A stretch of DNA of 52,494 bases, the filler included, from Catajapyx aquilonaris (taxonomy: Eukaryota), in the NCBI GenBank assembly GCA_000934665.2. It is 2 parts of 2 records of this genome, joined end to end, with 100 filler letters (N's around TTAATTAATTAA, not from the genome) between each part and the next. Parts side by side here need not be neighbours in the genome. Positions count along the whole stretch, not along the records: positions 1 to 26,252 come from KZ539313.1; 1 more part is not named here. One strand, 5' to 3'. The notes below the pieces were generated by a model, which had not been told where the DNA came from, ran no database searches, and saw only the letters and a list, made by a program, of their open reading frames with translations. Of the stretch, positions 1 to 11,768 are shown piece by piece (positions within the stretch are counted from its first letter, which is position 1; each line of letters starts with the position of its first letter). Made by a program: the position numbers and the translations under genes.

Positions 1-116
1 ACATTACACCTCTCCAAAATCTCCTCATTCCTAATCCTATCGAACTTGGTAACCCCACAAACAGCCTGGAGATAACCAACACCCTACTCTTATGCCTATC
101 TGACCAGACCCACGCT

Positions 117-753
117 CAAAGGTGGGCATTAGCGCCTCTAATCAGCTAATAGCTGAACTAACTTTTCAGGCAGCTAGCTGACTAATTAGCTCCCACTAAA
201 TTAGTGCCGCGCCGCAGCTAAATAAATTCAGCTAACAAGATTCATTCGTGTTCCTGTCTCGCTGTCTGTTACTTTTTATAGTTGCATAGGCAGGGATTAA
301 AATAGACCAGTTTTACAGGGCTAAGTGCCGGATTGTAAATTCTCTGTCTACCTGGCCAAAACTTATTTTCCGATCACTTCGGTGCGCGGATTAGATTATA
401 TAGCTACCAATTTTTTAAATATAAATTTTGCCTTGCCTGTCTTTGTAGCTTTCTTCTGAGACAAATGAACCTTTTTCCTATTTGAATTTGTTCATTACAT
501 TTTGTACGGAACAGTAGCCTAAATAACTAAATAAGGCGTATGTGTAGCAATGCTCTCTAGGCTTTATCAGCTTAGGTCTGGTTTTTAAGGGTCATGGAGC
601 AAAAAAAATAAAATAGAGAAGTTAGCTGTTAGCGTTAGCTTTAACTAATTTTCTAGCCATTTAGCATTAGCTATTTAGCAAATCCAATTTTTTTGTAGTT
701 AGCTGATCAGCTGTTAGAGAAGCTGATTTTTCGGTTAGCTGTGCCCACCTGTG
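117..753. mobile_element. Non-autonomous hAT-like element with AGCTAA/TTAGCT-rich subterminal repeats
   Basis: Termini CAAAGGTGGGCA (117) and TGCCCACCTGTG (753) are inverted repeats. AGCTAA motifs cluster on the left and TTAGCT on the right. Same terminal motif as the elements at 9411 and 10011. TSD degraded. Confidence 0.6.
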
Positions 754-779
754 CCCAATTTCGTACCCATTTCATGCCC

Positions 780-780
<1 letters not shown>

Positions 781-845
<65 letters not shown>
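781..845. repeat. (AAT)n microsatellite
   Basis: Direct reading. Confidence 0.98.
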
Positions 846-846
<1 letters not shown>

Positions 847-1340
847 CAATTTCGTATCCAGTGAAACATACCGTGGCAATAAGGTTCAGCTGCTGGTTCG
901 CGGCTTCCTAATGGGCCTGTGCGAGTGGGTTCTGCTTCAGTCTCGAAGAAGGCGTCTGAATCAATTGGCCCATCGTAGAACAATATTTGGTAGAACACTT
1001 CAGAATAATGGAACAGAGAGTCTGAAATCGTTCTGAATTTATTTTTTGGAACACCGGCGATACCGATACGTAGTCGATACCATAATGATTCCCAATAATA
1101 ACGATGCCGATAACGCCAAACCGGTCGATACGATCGCAAATGGAACGTTTTGAGCTGCATTGTCTTTTCCATTCGTTCGATTGTTGCCCGATCTTCCAGC
1201 GATTGTTACGGATGGTCTGGTGGTGTCCAACGGTCCCGTAAGTTGATGGGCCTCCGTGCCCCAGTATGCACAGCTGATGAAGAGGGGGCAAACAAACAGA
1301 AAGGGTGTTATAATTGTTGCTGGGGGCATTGTTGCAGTTG

Positions 1341-2684
1341 ATGGAAGTGTCTGTGGGCGTGTTGTGCAGCAGCGGACCATCAGAGGTGGTTGCGACGTAC
1401 GTGCTGGACAACACCTTCCACATCGTGCTGGTCCCGGAGGAAGCGCAGGTCGGTTGGATACGATTATTGCGGGACATCCGTCGGGCGTTCTTAACCGGCT
1501 TAACTTTTCAGACGCAACAGCCGCAAGAAGCAAAAGATGAAACCACGGAGACACAACAGCCGCAAGTAGCAGAAGACGAAACCACGGAGACGCAACAGCC
1601 GGAAGTAGCAGAAGATGAAACCACGGAGACGCAACAGCCCGAAGATCAAACCAGCGCTATCGCCAAACCAGCGGAAACATTGCGGGTAAGCCGCTTTACA
1701 ATGCGTAAATCCGCTGCATCTAACCGAACGAATTTCCAGCCGATCTCAAGCTGGCCGTACCTGAAGCGCTGCCTGGATGAGATACGTGAGCGGGTCGAGC
1801 AGGTGCAGGCGATGAAGCTGGAGTGCGTGAAGTACCGCCGTGCCATTGTGGACCGGCTGATGACCAAGCGGAATGACTTTCGGAGGCTCAACCTGCAGCA
1901 TGCCACGGATTACGAGCGGTTCGGGCATACGAGAATGGCCGAGATTGCTGATCAACTGGACAGTCAGATTGTGCAGAGCGGCGGGTCGTTACCGGGGAAT
2001 TACGAGTGGCAGAGTTTGCAGGATACGGCGCAGAAGGAAAAGGAAGCGGAGGTGACCGCGGCTATGGAGGAGGAGACCGAACGTGTCAGTAAGATTCAGC
2101 GCGACTTAGCAGAGGAGCAGGAGAGGGTCGAACTTGAGCACCGGATGTTGATGCACCTCCTGAAGCTGGAGTCGTACCGGAATGTGCCCGAAGACGTAAC
2201 GTCTCCACCGCTTGGCCACCAGTATATCTGCCAGCTGATGGACCAGCGCAAGTCGAGCGCTAAAGCAAAACGGGGCTACTGGTCCGCAGTACTGACCCAG
2301 CACAAGACACGCTCCGATCATGAGTCCGAGTACATCCGGAAGCGGTCGCATCTCCTGCAGAAGTTGGGCGACTGCAAGTGTAAAGAACTGAAGTCGTTAA
2401 CGGCTTTGAGCCAAGAGTATATGACTCTCGTGCAAAAGCCCGTGACTTTCAGGTGCCAGAAGATGTTGGCGGACATGAAGGGTCGGTACAAGTCGTGCCT
2501 GGCGAAGCACACGGTCGCAATGACGGGGGTGTACGAGTCGATGGATGCGGCTAGAGCGCAGCTGAAGGCGTGGATCGCTGTCACGAACCACGAGAAGGAA
2601 AAGGCCACCGATGGGTACAAAATGAAGCAGATGATGTTACGCCAGGGGAAGGCTAGACTGAAGGAGATCTGCAACAATTTGTAA
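1341..2684 (+). CDS. Uncharacterised coiled-coil protein with acidic 13-aa repeats
   Basis: Long GC-rich ORF; first ATG at 1341. Probable in-frame introns 1449-1511 (GTCGGT..TTTTCAG) and 1686-1739 (GTAAGC..TTTCCAG). Exons 1341-1448, 1512-1685, 1740-2684. E/K/R/L-rich helical C-terminal part. True 5' end uncertain. Confidence 0.65.
   Translation: MEVSVGVLCSSGPSEVVATYVLDNTFHIVLVPEEAQVGWIRLLRDIRRAFLTGLTFQTQQPQEAKDETTETQQPQVAEDETTETQQPEVAEDETTETQQPEDQTSAIAKPAETLRVSRFTMRKSAASNRTNFQPISSWPYLKRCLDEIRERVEQVQAMKLECVKYRRAIVDRLMTKRNDFRRLNLQHATDYERFGHTRMAEIADQLDSQIVQSGGSLPGNYEWQSLQDTAQKEKEAEVTAAMEEETERVSKIQRDLAEEQERVELEHRMLMHLLKLESYRNVPEDVTSPPLGHQYICQLMDQRKSSAKAKRGYWSAVLTQHKTRSDHESEYIRKRSHLLQKLGDCKCKELKSLTALSQEYMTLVQKPVTFRCQKMLADMKGRYKSCLAKHTVAMTGVYESMDAARAQLKAWIAVTNHEKEKATDGYKMKQMMLRQGKARLKEICNNL
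1512..1643 (+). repeat. 39-bp coding tandem repeat (~3.4 copies; TQQPxxAxDETTE)
   Basis: Units start at 1512, 1551, 1590 and 1629 (partial). Confidence 0.9.
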
Positions 2685-3979
2685 TTGACCGATGATTTTC
2701 AGTAGCTGGTGATGTTGCATGAAGAGAGTTGTTTTTTTGTTGATATTAATTGTTGATATTTATGTGAATCGAAGGATGGAGTACATGAAGAAATGTGCGG
2801 ATCCGTGTTGAGCGGATCTAAGAGTATTTTTGCTACTAATGTAAGATGTGCTGTAAGCTAATTACTGCCTTTGTAAAAGACTGGATTAGTGACTTGGGCA
2901 CTAAACTCGTTACTTGCACTGCCAGATGTGCATGATATTTAGATATTACGAACATTAGCAATAATTGCAACGAACCAAATGTAACATAACAATGCAATAT
3001 TAATGCTAATAGTTCATTTGCAGCATGAGTATGTTCATAATAATATCCTGCGATTTTTCGGTGAATAAAGACGATTGGATTTTTTTACTACTGAAATAAA
3101 CTTTTATTACGACATTTTTCCCCTTGACATACCACTTTTGTTTTCTTACTTTCCTTACTCTGTACAATAACATCAAAAAAATTATAATATTACTCAAAGA
3201 GCTACGAGAATCATAACCAACAATGTGCTCGCTTGGTTTATCATGCAATACAACAGTGACCCGCAAAATTTTGGGACGCCAAATAATTTTTAATATCTCA
3301 TGCCTAATCGTAATAAATAGCACCATCAAGACAAATTCACTCGCAGTTGTTAATTAGGACGTGCACATTGATTGGTTGCGACTTACGCGGTTCAATCGTC
3401 CCACTAGAAGTGACGACGCTGCGGGGGGAGGGAACTGCGCTTCATTCACATGGCTCCGTACGCATTGAAATTGAAAGCATCATCTCACCGCACTCGCAGT
3501 GTTAAAACAGTTCAGAGCATTTCAGGTTCTACTTTTGCAGTACGCCCGTTGCAAGTACACTACGCTAGCACTCTACGTCTTGGTATTAAAAGATATGTAT
3601 TCATTATATTTTTTAAATGCCATTGTTGACGAAACATATAAAAGTGTGCGTAACATGAATTTGGTCCCCATAAATAGTGTTGGTGCAAGTTTTAAAAAAT
3701 TGGTCACCTTCAGTTGAAGTCAGTTTCGCACGTTCCCCTCCCCAACACATCGACACGTCTCACTACAAAATAATGAGTCACAGTACACTGAGTTTTTAAA
3801 TAGCCCCCTTCTGAGCATAAAATGTCCGGGACACAGTATCACAATGCAATATGTTTGGAGGGAAGCATTGACGGAATTGCACCAGAAATAAATAGAAAGG
3901 CTCTTTCGAAAGGCCGGCTCAATAATTTGCACTCGATCAGTTATATCTGAACGCAGTAAAGGCAATCCCCCTCCGCGGT

Positions 3980-6900
3980 TTACCTCGGCGGGATTAGGTT
4001 AGCGCATTTAAAAGGCAACGGGGAGTCTATCCTCAGGCAGCTTTTCTGAGCGGGAGACTCGGACGAGGAGGAAGATAACAAGGATGTGGATGGGGAGACG
4101 GAACCGCACGATGGCGACCGGCGGTGCTGCGGCTGGTGCACGACATGCTTGGGTCTGAGTAAGAAGTGCATGTCATGCGCCGTGTTGATTGCGTAGTACA
4201 CGTTGGCGCCCGAGGGTAGCACCATCTCGCCTCCGTGCGGAAGGATCTGCACCAGTTCGTAATCCTCGGGGCGACCGTTCACCCCCAGCTTCCCCATAGC
4301 GTTTGCGATGACCTGCGGCGTCCTCTCGTTGTTTCCAAGGAGGATGCTCTTGTACATCACTTGTCCTCTCTGCGCGGGGCTGGCGGACGAAGCGCCGGAA
4401 GCCGGTTCGCTCTCGGCATGGATCCGGATGATGTAGAAGTCAGGCGAGGAAAAGGCCGACTCGGACCCGGATTTCGACGGGGTGATTCCGACATTGTTGC
4501 TCCCCATCAACAGATGCATCCCGCTTGTATCCAACGACGGGAGGGACGAACAGCTGGACGACGACGACAACCGGCCGATTCGACGACCGCCGGCCTTGCC
4601 CGCGCCTAGAAATAACAAGTGGGATTTGTACATTGCGGTTCAGTTCGTGATTGATCGGACATACTTGAGCCATCTTCGGGCGTCAGCAAACTGTCAAGGT
4701 CGCAGTAAAAGTGGCTTCCGGAGCTGCTTGAGTTTGTGCTGGCCAACGAATCGGTTTTGCGGTGTCCTCGGATCCGTCTTGCCGAGTGCGTGGCGGGGTT
4801 CGGTGCGGCGGCTGGAGATGCAGGTGATGCGGTCGCTGGCTCCATCCGCAGCGATAGAGCGTGCGCTTCCTTCTCCGTAAACACGGGCAGGGATTTGAAC
4901 CACCTCTGCAGCGCCATGTCCGCCTCGATCCGGTACGCATTAGCCGCACCCTGCAGCAGCTTAATCTGGGCCAGAACCTCAAATTCCCGACGGCGCTTAT
5001 CGAAGTTTAGTAGACCGCCAGGTAAGGTGTCCGGAACCGCAGCGTCCAGCATGGTCAGGTCGGTCAGAAATGTGCCGAGGTACGGCACAGTTCCGTGACA
5101 AGCAGTTGTGCCTGTAAAGTACAATGTGAGCAATTGCTGCGAATTAACACTAAGCACAACGGTACCTTCGTCCTGCCGGCGCATCCGCAATGCACGCTGC
5201 AAATGTCGGTCCTTCACTCCGGCGGTGGCTGCGAATTTGGCCGTCCCTTCCCGTATCAGCAGCTCCCGTTGCGCTTCACGGTTGTTCTCCTCGCTGAATA
5301 TCTTCGCCAGCTCTTCAAACACCTCCAGCTTGTCCGCCGGTAAATGCTGCCAGACTCTCCGTAACCGGAACACCGGATGCGCTTGCAGCCCGGACACTAT
5401 CGCCTTTAGGGATGAAAAGTTCTTAAGAAGCCGCAGCTCCTGAGCGACGTCTATCCAGTGGATGAGCAGCTTGGCACGTCCGTTTGCGGCTGGTGGTCCG
5501 GATGGATCCACGGCTGATGCGACGAGGCGACGGCTGACGGCGTTAAACTGCTGGATTGTGGCCAGCACCGTCGGGGCTTTGGACGCCCGGCCTTTCTCTC
5601 CGCCTCTGGCCCATACGACACCCAGGCACTGGTGAGGAACAAGCCGTCTGAACACATCCACGTCCATCCACGTCAGCTGCTGAGCCAGCTTCCGAGGCTC
5701 TACGTCCACGATGCTACCTAACGACGCCAGTGCGATACCGTTTGGAACCATCTCCGGAAGCGGAAGCGCCTCGTCCTCACGATGCCATTTGTCAAGCCGA
5801 TGGTTCGCTTTCAGCTCCAGTTCCGATCCGGGGAATGACTCGGAGCAAAACTGCTTCAGACGTGACAGCAGCGGGTGATGCGGCGGACACCTGAAGTCTT
5901 CCGGGTATGTGTCGAGCCAGACGTGCATGGCCAGCACTAGTGTCTTCCGGTGCTGTCCCTTGGCGACGTCGGAGAGGGACTCGTCGGTGGCGAGACTTTC
6001 ATATCGCCTGAGCAGCAGAGCCAGCACTTCGTCCGCCGTAGAAAATGCACGGTAGGTAGCGAGGAAGACGTTGACGTACGTGGACTCCAGCTCGCCTTCC
6101 TCGGAAGCCAGGGCCGACACTAGGGATGGGAGCGTACCGGCCTTGATCTGTCTGACCCGCACCGTCTCCCACTCCAGGTGCGATATGGGATCCTCCTCCA
6201 GGTTGTCCGACGACACGTCTCCATTGGACGAGGAGGTGGATCCAAGCAGGCTGCGGCTGGGACGGTGGTAACGAACTTTCTTCAGGTACACCCCGTGGAC
6301 CGCTTCCGGGCTGCGTTCCTCCCCCCAGTACCTCCATGTCGGCTGGTGCAGGAAAGAGAAAAGCATCTCCGTTACAACCATCGTAAGACCAACGCCCAAC
6401 AGCTGGTCCGAAGCGGTTTGGTAAATTTGCATGCGAGTCATTAACCAGCATGAAAATAAGTTGCACAATCGCGTTGGCAGCCTCGACAATATCCTTTGGA
6501 TATAAAAGTGCGGGTTAATTTAATGCGTACTCACAATGTTTTTCCGCCCTTTCATCCTCTGCCGTTTATCCCTATCCGCGTGGCAAGCACTGCCTCGGAA
6601 GCAAACAAACATTCCGACCCTTGCGTGGAATGTGTTTCCACGCACAGGGAACTAGGGTGCGTACAGATACGTGTACCAGATGATACCTTTAGCGCTCGAG
6701 TATCATTTATCTGTACATACATTTGCAGGTGTCGGAGTGTCTGGCTGATAACAACTCAGATTTTTTGGGGGCGGAGATTTGATACAGCAAGTCAAACATT
6801 AGATGCTGCCAGAAAAAGTCAACAATAGGCTCATCGTTTACGTCAACAATTCAAGTTGAGTGCTCTGTAGTAATTAACTGCTTCTTACATTACCGATGAC

Positions 6901-9048
6901 ACTGCCAGCGTTCGAAGCTTACGTCGCTGCAAGTGCCGCGGATTTAATTCCAACAGTTGCGTTGTATGATCTAAGCATTATTGGCAGGCCGTCACTTCCA
7001 ATCCGGTTAAAGCGCATCCTTCCCACAAGTCGGTATGCGCAGTCAGAACACTTTGCATATATTAATGGCCTTGACACTCAGAGACCTTGCTGCAATCGCA
7101 ACTGATTACATTATGCTTTTTTTTAAAAAAAAACTCATCTGCCTGTCCAATTTATTCCTAACGGAATAACAATGGGGGCTGCCAAGTCATTCTCGCAACG
7201 ACAGGCTGACATTATCACCGACGGAGTAATAGCAAAAAGAGCACAGGAAGGAGAGTGATTCACTGCCTGACTCACCGGCTGACATGCAATCGTTAAATGC
7301 CAAGAATAGGATTCTATTCCTCTTAATTACCAGTGTAGCTGACTTTTATCACGCATGAGATGAGCACATGTCGAACCGTGGGGTTAAAAAAGTTTATGTA
7401 ATGCCCAGCTCCTTTAATAAGTTCAGGGAAAAAAAAGCTTTGTACGTAGTCCATAAATCGAATAACAATGCAAGTACAGATTGTAGGACAAGTGCACTGG
7501 ATTTATTTCCTTGTGGTTAATCTCGTTACAGGCCATTATTATTTTGACTTGAAAGCAACTGGAACGGCCAGCATTCAAATTTTACAACTTCCTACTGACC
7601 GTTTCGAATTACGACTCATGAAGTAATTGCCGTGAATCACTCAACAAGAGTAAAAGCGCATAATCAAGCACTTTAACTCATCAGACATTGTTGACCTGCT
7701 AAAAAGTTTGGACACGACATGTGCTTACAAAGCGTAATCTAGCAAAGTGCTCAATTTTGTTGTTTAATCAGTAACCTCTTCGATTTATCTTGATTTCTAC
7801 GTACGGTATGTCACTTATTTGAACAGCCTTCAGCGCAAAAGCTTGCCTTGGACCGACCTGATAAATAAGCCGCGGTTTGGAAATAATGCTCATGAACGAT
7901 ACGACAGGAACGACAGGATACGCAGGAAATATTCTCACACAGTGCCAACAATGAGCAACAATGGATGGCGTCAGACCGTCCGCACTGTGGCGACCTTTTT
8001 TCCTTCTAGCAACATGCAGGAATGTCAGGTGTATACACTTTGTCTATTGCTGATAAGATGAAGCTCACCGCAGCGGACGCCCACAAACAACAAACAATGC
8101 GGTGCGACACCCCCCCAAAAAATTCCTGTGGTCCAGCGATTGAACAGACAGCAGTGTAAGCGCAAATTGTAACCGTACTCCATACTAATTAATTACACTT
8201 GCATCTTTTTCCCCCCATTCTGTCCGCAATTTGCAATCAAGCTCGGTAAACTGATGAAGCCGCATTAATTCCCATTCATGACAAACCCAGCTCAATTATC
8301 CAGCAGTAATGCATATATTGGACTGTCAATTTTCAGCCCCCCCTGAGGGGACAGGCACTAGCGGAGCTGTCCCCGAGGCACTTGTCCTTCCGGTGCCCCC
8401 GACGCATAGTCTGAACCGAAGCTGCCATTCACGTGCCTGCCTCCCATCAAAGTACGTTGTACTGCTCTCCGCAATAGATGTCATATTTGCAATGGAAAAT
8501 TATAAACAATTAGTGCATGAAGGCCCATTCACACAGGCCGTCGACGGTTTTGGTTTTTGGTCTCGTCGACGCCGCGGATCAATCAGAACGGGCCCTCACG
8601 TAAACAACGTGTCATGGTTACCGTGGGGGCCCGCTCGGATTGGTCCAAAACCAAAACCGTCGACGGCCTGTGTGAATGGGCCTTGAAAGTGAAAAATGAA
8701 GGGAATTGATGTGGCGTTTAATCCCGCAATGCAGGGAGATTCCGCACGGAAGCCTAGCTAACCGTAAGAATAGTTCAGTTGTCCAGCTGTGCCGTGTACG
8801 GAACTGACAGTGAGTGATATGTAAGGTGCTGTCAACTTGCCTGCTCCGGAAGCGTACAGAACCAGACCACCATCGTTCCAACGGGGAACACTTGCTCCTG
8901 ATCCTCGTTCCAGGCCGGGAATGAGCCTTCCCCCGCCTTCCTCCTCCTCCTCCCCGAATATATTGATTAGATTAGATTAATTAGCGCCCCTCACCTGCAG
9001 CTGTGCAGACGATGGGGACTGCAGCGGGCTCGAGTCCTGCTGCTCCAT
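3980..9048 (-). CDS. Rgl: Ral guanine nucleotide dissociation stimulator-like protein (REM, RasGEF/CDC25 and RA domains)
   Basis: Exons 9048-8995 (MEQQDSSPLQSPSSAQLQ|GTGAG, less certain), 6342-5166, 5111-4665, 4605-3980, all in frame. Motifs IKAGTL, FLATYRAF, LKNFSSLKAIVSGLQ, GTVPYLGTFLTDLTMLD, NFDKRRREFE; RA domain MYKSILL..ANVYYAIN. Confidence 0.92.
8521..8683. mobile_element. PIF/Harbinger (Tourist-like) MITE in Rgl intron 1
   Basis: About 38-bp TIR AGGCCCATTCACACAGGCCGTCGACGGTTTTGGTTTT, mirrored at the right end. 3-bp TSD TGA at 8518-8520 and 8684-8686. Confidence 0.85.
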
Positions 9049-9243
9049 CAGCTCCTCTTGTTGTTGTTCCACCACCACCAAACTGGGGGCCCTCGCACGG
9101 CCCCTGCCATCACCGATCCATCATTTAATTTAAAAAGACTTAATTGAGAAGGATAAAACCGGAGCAGAAAAAAAAAGGGAATTAATTAATCTCGAGAAGG
9201 GGGAAAAAGAAAGAAAAAAAAAAATGGAATGGAACGCATCAGG

Positions 9244-9255
9244 CGGCCATCTTGG
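9244..9255 (-). promoter_or_regulatory. YY1/Pho-type motif near the putative Rgl transcription start
   Basis: CCAAGATGGCCG on the minus strand about 200 bp upstream of the proposed ATG. Similar motifs at 21143-21154 (POMT1) and 25700-25711. Confidence 0.45.
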
Positions 9256-9410
9256 ATTTGAAGAAGAAAAAAATTGAGACTGCGAGGACATCTGGCGGAG
9301 ACAAACTCAAGCTGTAGAATGCAGGCGGGGTTGCCACATCCACCGAATAGAGTACAGGGTGGGCCATTTGTTACTGACATCAGCGACCTAACCACAGGGT
9401 GAGTCGTGAA

Positions 9411-9764
9411 CAGAGGTGGGCACAGCTAACTTTCGATAACAGCTAACTTGCTCAGCAAAACCATGGACATCACCAAATCCTTAATGCTTAACAGCTAGAA
9501 AGGTTAGTGGANNNNNNNNNNNNNNNNNCCCCCCCTAATCATTCTAGCTGTTTATCATTAGCAATTTAGCGCCGCCCACGGTTTACTAACCGAATTAGCT
9601 GTTAGCGGAAGTTAGCTGAGCTAAAAATTACGGCTATCTTGCCCAGCTCTGCCGTCAGATGTAAGAAGACCGTAACTCAAAAACTAGTAAGGGTGAAAGA
9701 GCATGCATGCGACGGTACTAGTTTTTGAGTTACGGTCTTCTTACATCTGACGGCAACAGCTCTG
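9411..9764. mobile_element. hAT-like MITE with a nested palindromic insert
   Basis: TIR CAGAGGTGGGCA / TGCCCAGCTCTG. Near-identical 8-bp flanks GTCGTGAA (9403-9410) and GTCTTGAA (9765-9772). CAGCTCTG duplicated at 9644-9651 and 9757-9764 around the insert. Confidence 0.75.
9650..9755. mobile_element. Small palindromic MITE (40-bp perfect arms)
   Basis: TGCCGTCAGATGTAAGAAGACCGTAACTCAAAAACTAGTA (9650-9689) is the reverse complement of 9716-9755. Confidence 0.8.
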
Positions 9765-10010
9765 GTCTTGAATGCAATGAAAGTACAGGGTGCGTCATAA
9801 TAATAGTTAGTGCAATCAGGTACTACAGGGGGTGGGGTGTCATAAGTGCAGTCAAAGTACAGGGAGTGTCATAAACTCGAATCAGGGTGCGTCATAATAA
9901 GTGCAGTCTGGTACAAGGGGTGTCATATTAAGTGCAATCAGGTACTACAGCGGGGGTCATAAGTGCAGTCAAAGTGTCATAAACGTGAATCAGGTACAGG
10001 GTGAGTCAAT

Positions 10011-10247
10011 CTGGGCAAGCTAACCGGATTTTTTAGCTCAGCTAACTTCCGCTAACAGCTAATTCGGTTAGTAAACAATGGGTGGAGCTAAATTGCTAAT
10101 GATAAACAGCTAGAATGATTAGGGGGGTTTCCACTAACCTGTCTAGCTGTTAAGAATTAACGATTTGGTGATGTCCATGGTTTTTCTGAGCAAGTTAGCT
10201 GTTATCGAAAGTTAGCTGTTATCGAAAGTTAGTTGTGCCCACCTCTG
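10011..10247. mobile_element. Second, inverted copy of the hAT-like MITE at 9411-9651
   Basis: Reverse-complement match to 9411-9651, ending GTGCCCACCTCTG. Flanked by TGAGTCA on both sides. Confidence 0.8.
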
Positions 10248-11768
10248 TGAGTCATGAATGCAATAAAAGTACAAGGTGCGTCATAATAAGTGCAGTCTGG
10301 TACAAAGGGGGGGTCATAAGTGCAATCAGGTACTACAGCGGGGGTCACAAGTGCAGTGAAAGTACAGGGAGTGTCATAAACGCGAATCAGGTACAGGGTG
10401 CGATTAAACAGGGCGAGTCGTGATTCCTGAATGCAATGAAAGTACAGGGTGTGTTACAATAAGTGCAGTCAGGAGTACCTGCAAGTACAGGGCGGTCATA
10501 TATAATTAAGTGCAAAGTAGAGGGAGTGTCACGTACAGCGTGAGTCGTAAATGCAATGAAAGTACAGGGTGCGTCATAATAAGTACAGTCAGACGCAAGG
10601 GGTACCATAAGTGCAATCAAGTATTACAGGGGGATCATATAAGTGAAAAGTACAGAAACGAGCCAAATACTGGGGGGGAGTCATAAATGCGCCAAGCACA
10701 GGATGCGTCATGAACCAGTCACATACAGGGTGTCACAGGATTTTTGTTAAATGATGAGGCGGTCTGGTTCTATTGGTATATTTTTGTCGAACTGCGGATA
10801 ATAGTTTACAAAGAATTTCCCCGGTAAAACAATTGGTTCAACAATGGGTCAGAGAAAAATATAAAGCATGCACTGGTAATATATTTTTATCGTCACAACA
10901 ATTGCTCAAAAAGGGAACCAACCTGTTCCAGTGGAAGGGTCGAAGTTAAGACAATGCCTCTTTTTTTTAAAAAAAAGACGATTTGTTTCTGGATAGGTGC
11001 AAGTATAACGGTAATTTAAAAATATACATACTTAAAAGGCATAGCTCAATTCAACCCTTCGCCGCAAACTTTACAAACCCCAAAAAAAAGCTTCACTTTC
11101 TGACAAATAATTGCGTACTGACCAAACACGGCAGGTACAGTTCATGTGTGTCCTCAAAATGTACACTGCGAATTAAACACCATGTAAAATAAAACCTGCC
11201 GCAATATGTAGGGAGGGAGGAAAGAGTGATAACAGGCCGTTAACCAGAAACAGCGACAATTGTCAGGTACGGAAAAAACACTCGGAGGAATGCAAGGAGA
11301 ATTTGGGAAAGGAAAAAAAAAAAAAAGGGTTACAGCACCGTGAGCACCATTATAGAATATATTATGTTACATCATGTGGTTTTTAATAAATTTGTATGAG
11401 CCTTGCGTTCGCACTTGGGCCATCCTGTGAAAGGAAAGCGTGCAATGTACGACAAATCGCACATTGCAGATACGGCTTTCTTTCACAGTGACCAGCATGT
11501 AAAATCACATTACAATACAGAGAGCAAATCGTAACCAGTAAATCAAGGTTCAAAAATATTTCCAGGTCTCCCCGCAACACTTAATACTCGTACAAGTACT
11601 AAAGAATAACAATAACAACAATAATAAAAATATGTGTAGCAAGAGTTTGTCGTTATTCCTCTGGTCGTATGCACATACACATGCCGCAACCTCCTGTAAT
11701 TACACAGTGCTGGTCGACCACGTGCAAACTCAAGGCTCGCAGATTGTGTATCTGCAGCGTGATTGGTC

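Larger units (their letters stand above)
9350..10740. repeat. Degenerate satellite of ~25-28-bp subunits (AAGTGCAGTCA..GTACAGGG(T/G)G(C/T)GTCATA)
   Basis: TACAGGG, GTCATA and AAGTGCA recur throughout, interrupted by MITEs. Confidence 0.8.

Noticed and set aside
735..1172. Poly-Leu 'transmembrane' ORF (likewise 37528-37914)
   Set aside because: The Leu run comes from an (AAT)n microsatellite.
6343..6489. N-terminal 49 aa of the 627-aa ORF as part of Rgl
   Set aside because: Lies upstream of a strong polypyrimidine-CAG acceptor at 6343-6344; interpreted as intron read-through.
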